A stretch of 64,000 bases of DNA from Acidimicrobiales bacterium (GTDB lineage: Bacteria > Actinomycetota > Acidimicrobiia > Acidimicrobiales > UBA8190), in NCBI GenBank assembly GCA_050011255.1, contig JBEKJK010000012.1:4007-68006 (forward strand). The letters are read 5' to 3'. Below are positions 63,735-64,000 of the stretch, piece after piece (positions within the stretch are counted from its first letter, which is position 1; every line of letters begins with the position of its first letter). The translations under genes and the position numbers were made by a program. The notes under the pieces are model-generated. The model worked only from the letters and a program-made list of their open reading frames with translations. It was not told the DNA's origin and searched no databases.

Positions 63735-64000
63735 AGAAGGTCCATGTTCGAACCCCGACTCCTCTTGAGGTAGCCGGGGTTCTTCATTTCCTGAGCCAAA
63801 CGGGAGGGCAGATCCTTGTCGAGCAGGCTCTTAAAGGGCTGAGCCAGCTCCACCCGAGTTACCTCGCCGTCAACGTCGATCTTCACCCACTCAAAGACCG
63901 CTTGATTGAAGTGGCGACGCACCGTGGGCTTCGCCTTCCGGTAAGCCTCGCCGAATCGTGTCGCCAGGCCAAGGGCTGCCTTAAGGTTGGCCTCCATCGT
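63554..64000 (-). CDS. C-terminal part of a large-serine-recombinase-like protein (5' end beyond the right window edge); the reading frame continues into ssrA
   Basis: ...LKAALGLATRFGEAYRKAKPTVRRHFNQAVFEWVKIDVDGEVTRVELAQPFKSLLDKDL resembles the conserved C-terminal tail of large serine recombinases (from memory). The frame is open to the window edge (ACG ATG GAG) and has no stop until 63554, 181 nt inside the tmRNA gene. Confidence 0.45.
   Translation of the reverse strand, partial: TMEANLKAALGLATRFGEAYRKAKPTVRRHFNQAVFEWVKIDVDGEVTRVELAQPFKSLLDKDLPSRLAQEMKNPGYLKRSRGSNMDLLVEVAGIEPASSSVSTGLLRAQPAVSSRVLNHRRRLSWAPVTLRCPRGLGDDALRVSPSR

Overview
High-GC, actinobacterial-type chromosome segment. All calls come from reading the ORF track and sequence by eye; no searches were run. 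The window has five parts.

(1) 1-19044: the right-hand part of an integrated conjugative or mobilizable element at tRNA-Gly(GCC). It carries a tyrosine integrase and excisionase next to the tRNA 3' end. It also carries a MobF/TrwC-type relaxase-helicase that runs off the left edge, so it is missing from the ORF track. Other cargo: tail-less SSB, ArdC, a Pif-like Nudix hydrolase, a DprA + ComF-type phosphoribosyltransferase pair, a TIGR04141/DUF6119-like protein, a NERD membrane protein and several orphan genes.

(2) 19.1-27.4 kb: housekeeping genes (WS/DGAT, dut, orn, a PspC/histidine kinase/LuxR module, 1-Cys peroxiredoxin, crotonase, HAD hydrolase).

(3) 27.4-52.7 kb: a cell-envelope glycan locus with Wzm/Wzt ABC export, five GT-B glycosyltransferase domains, two methyltransferases and two GT-C-like membrane proteins. 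Interleaved with it are four paralogous secreted proteins sharing a roughly 50-aa WNxYDL...IHVY beta-propeller-like repeat. Three have 7 blades and one has 2. Each is fused to a different module: CAP domain, CHAP amidase, a glycoside-hydrolase-like domain, or a decayed S53 peptidase. This is my top candidate for an undescribed system.

(4) 52.7-63.3 kb: housekeeping genes with the same order as M. tuberculosis Rv1334-Rv1341 (mec-cysO-cysM ... MBL-rph-rdgB). A MurD-like ligase plus a MurL-like PP-loop protein sit where murI sits in M. tuberculosis.

(5) smpB and tmRNA, followed by the C-terminal end of a serine-recombinase-like gene that reads into ssrA. This probably marks the edge of a second island.

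No CRISPR array or rRNA was seen.
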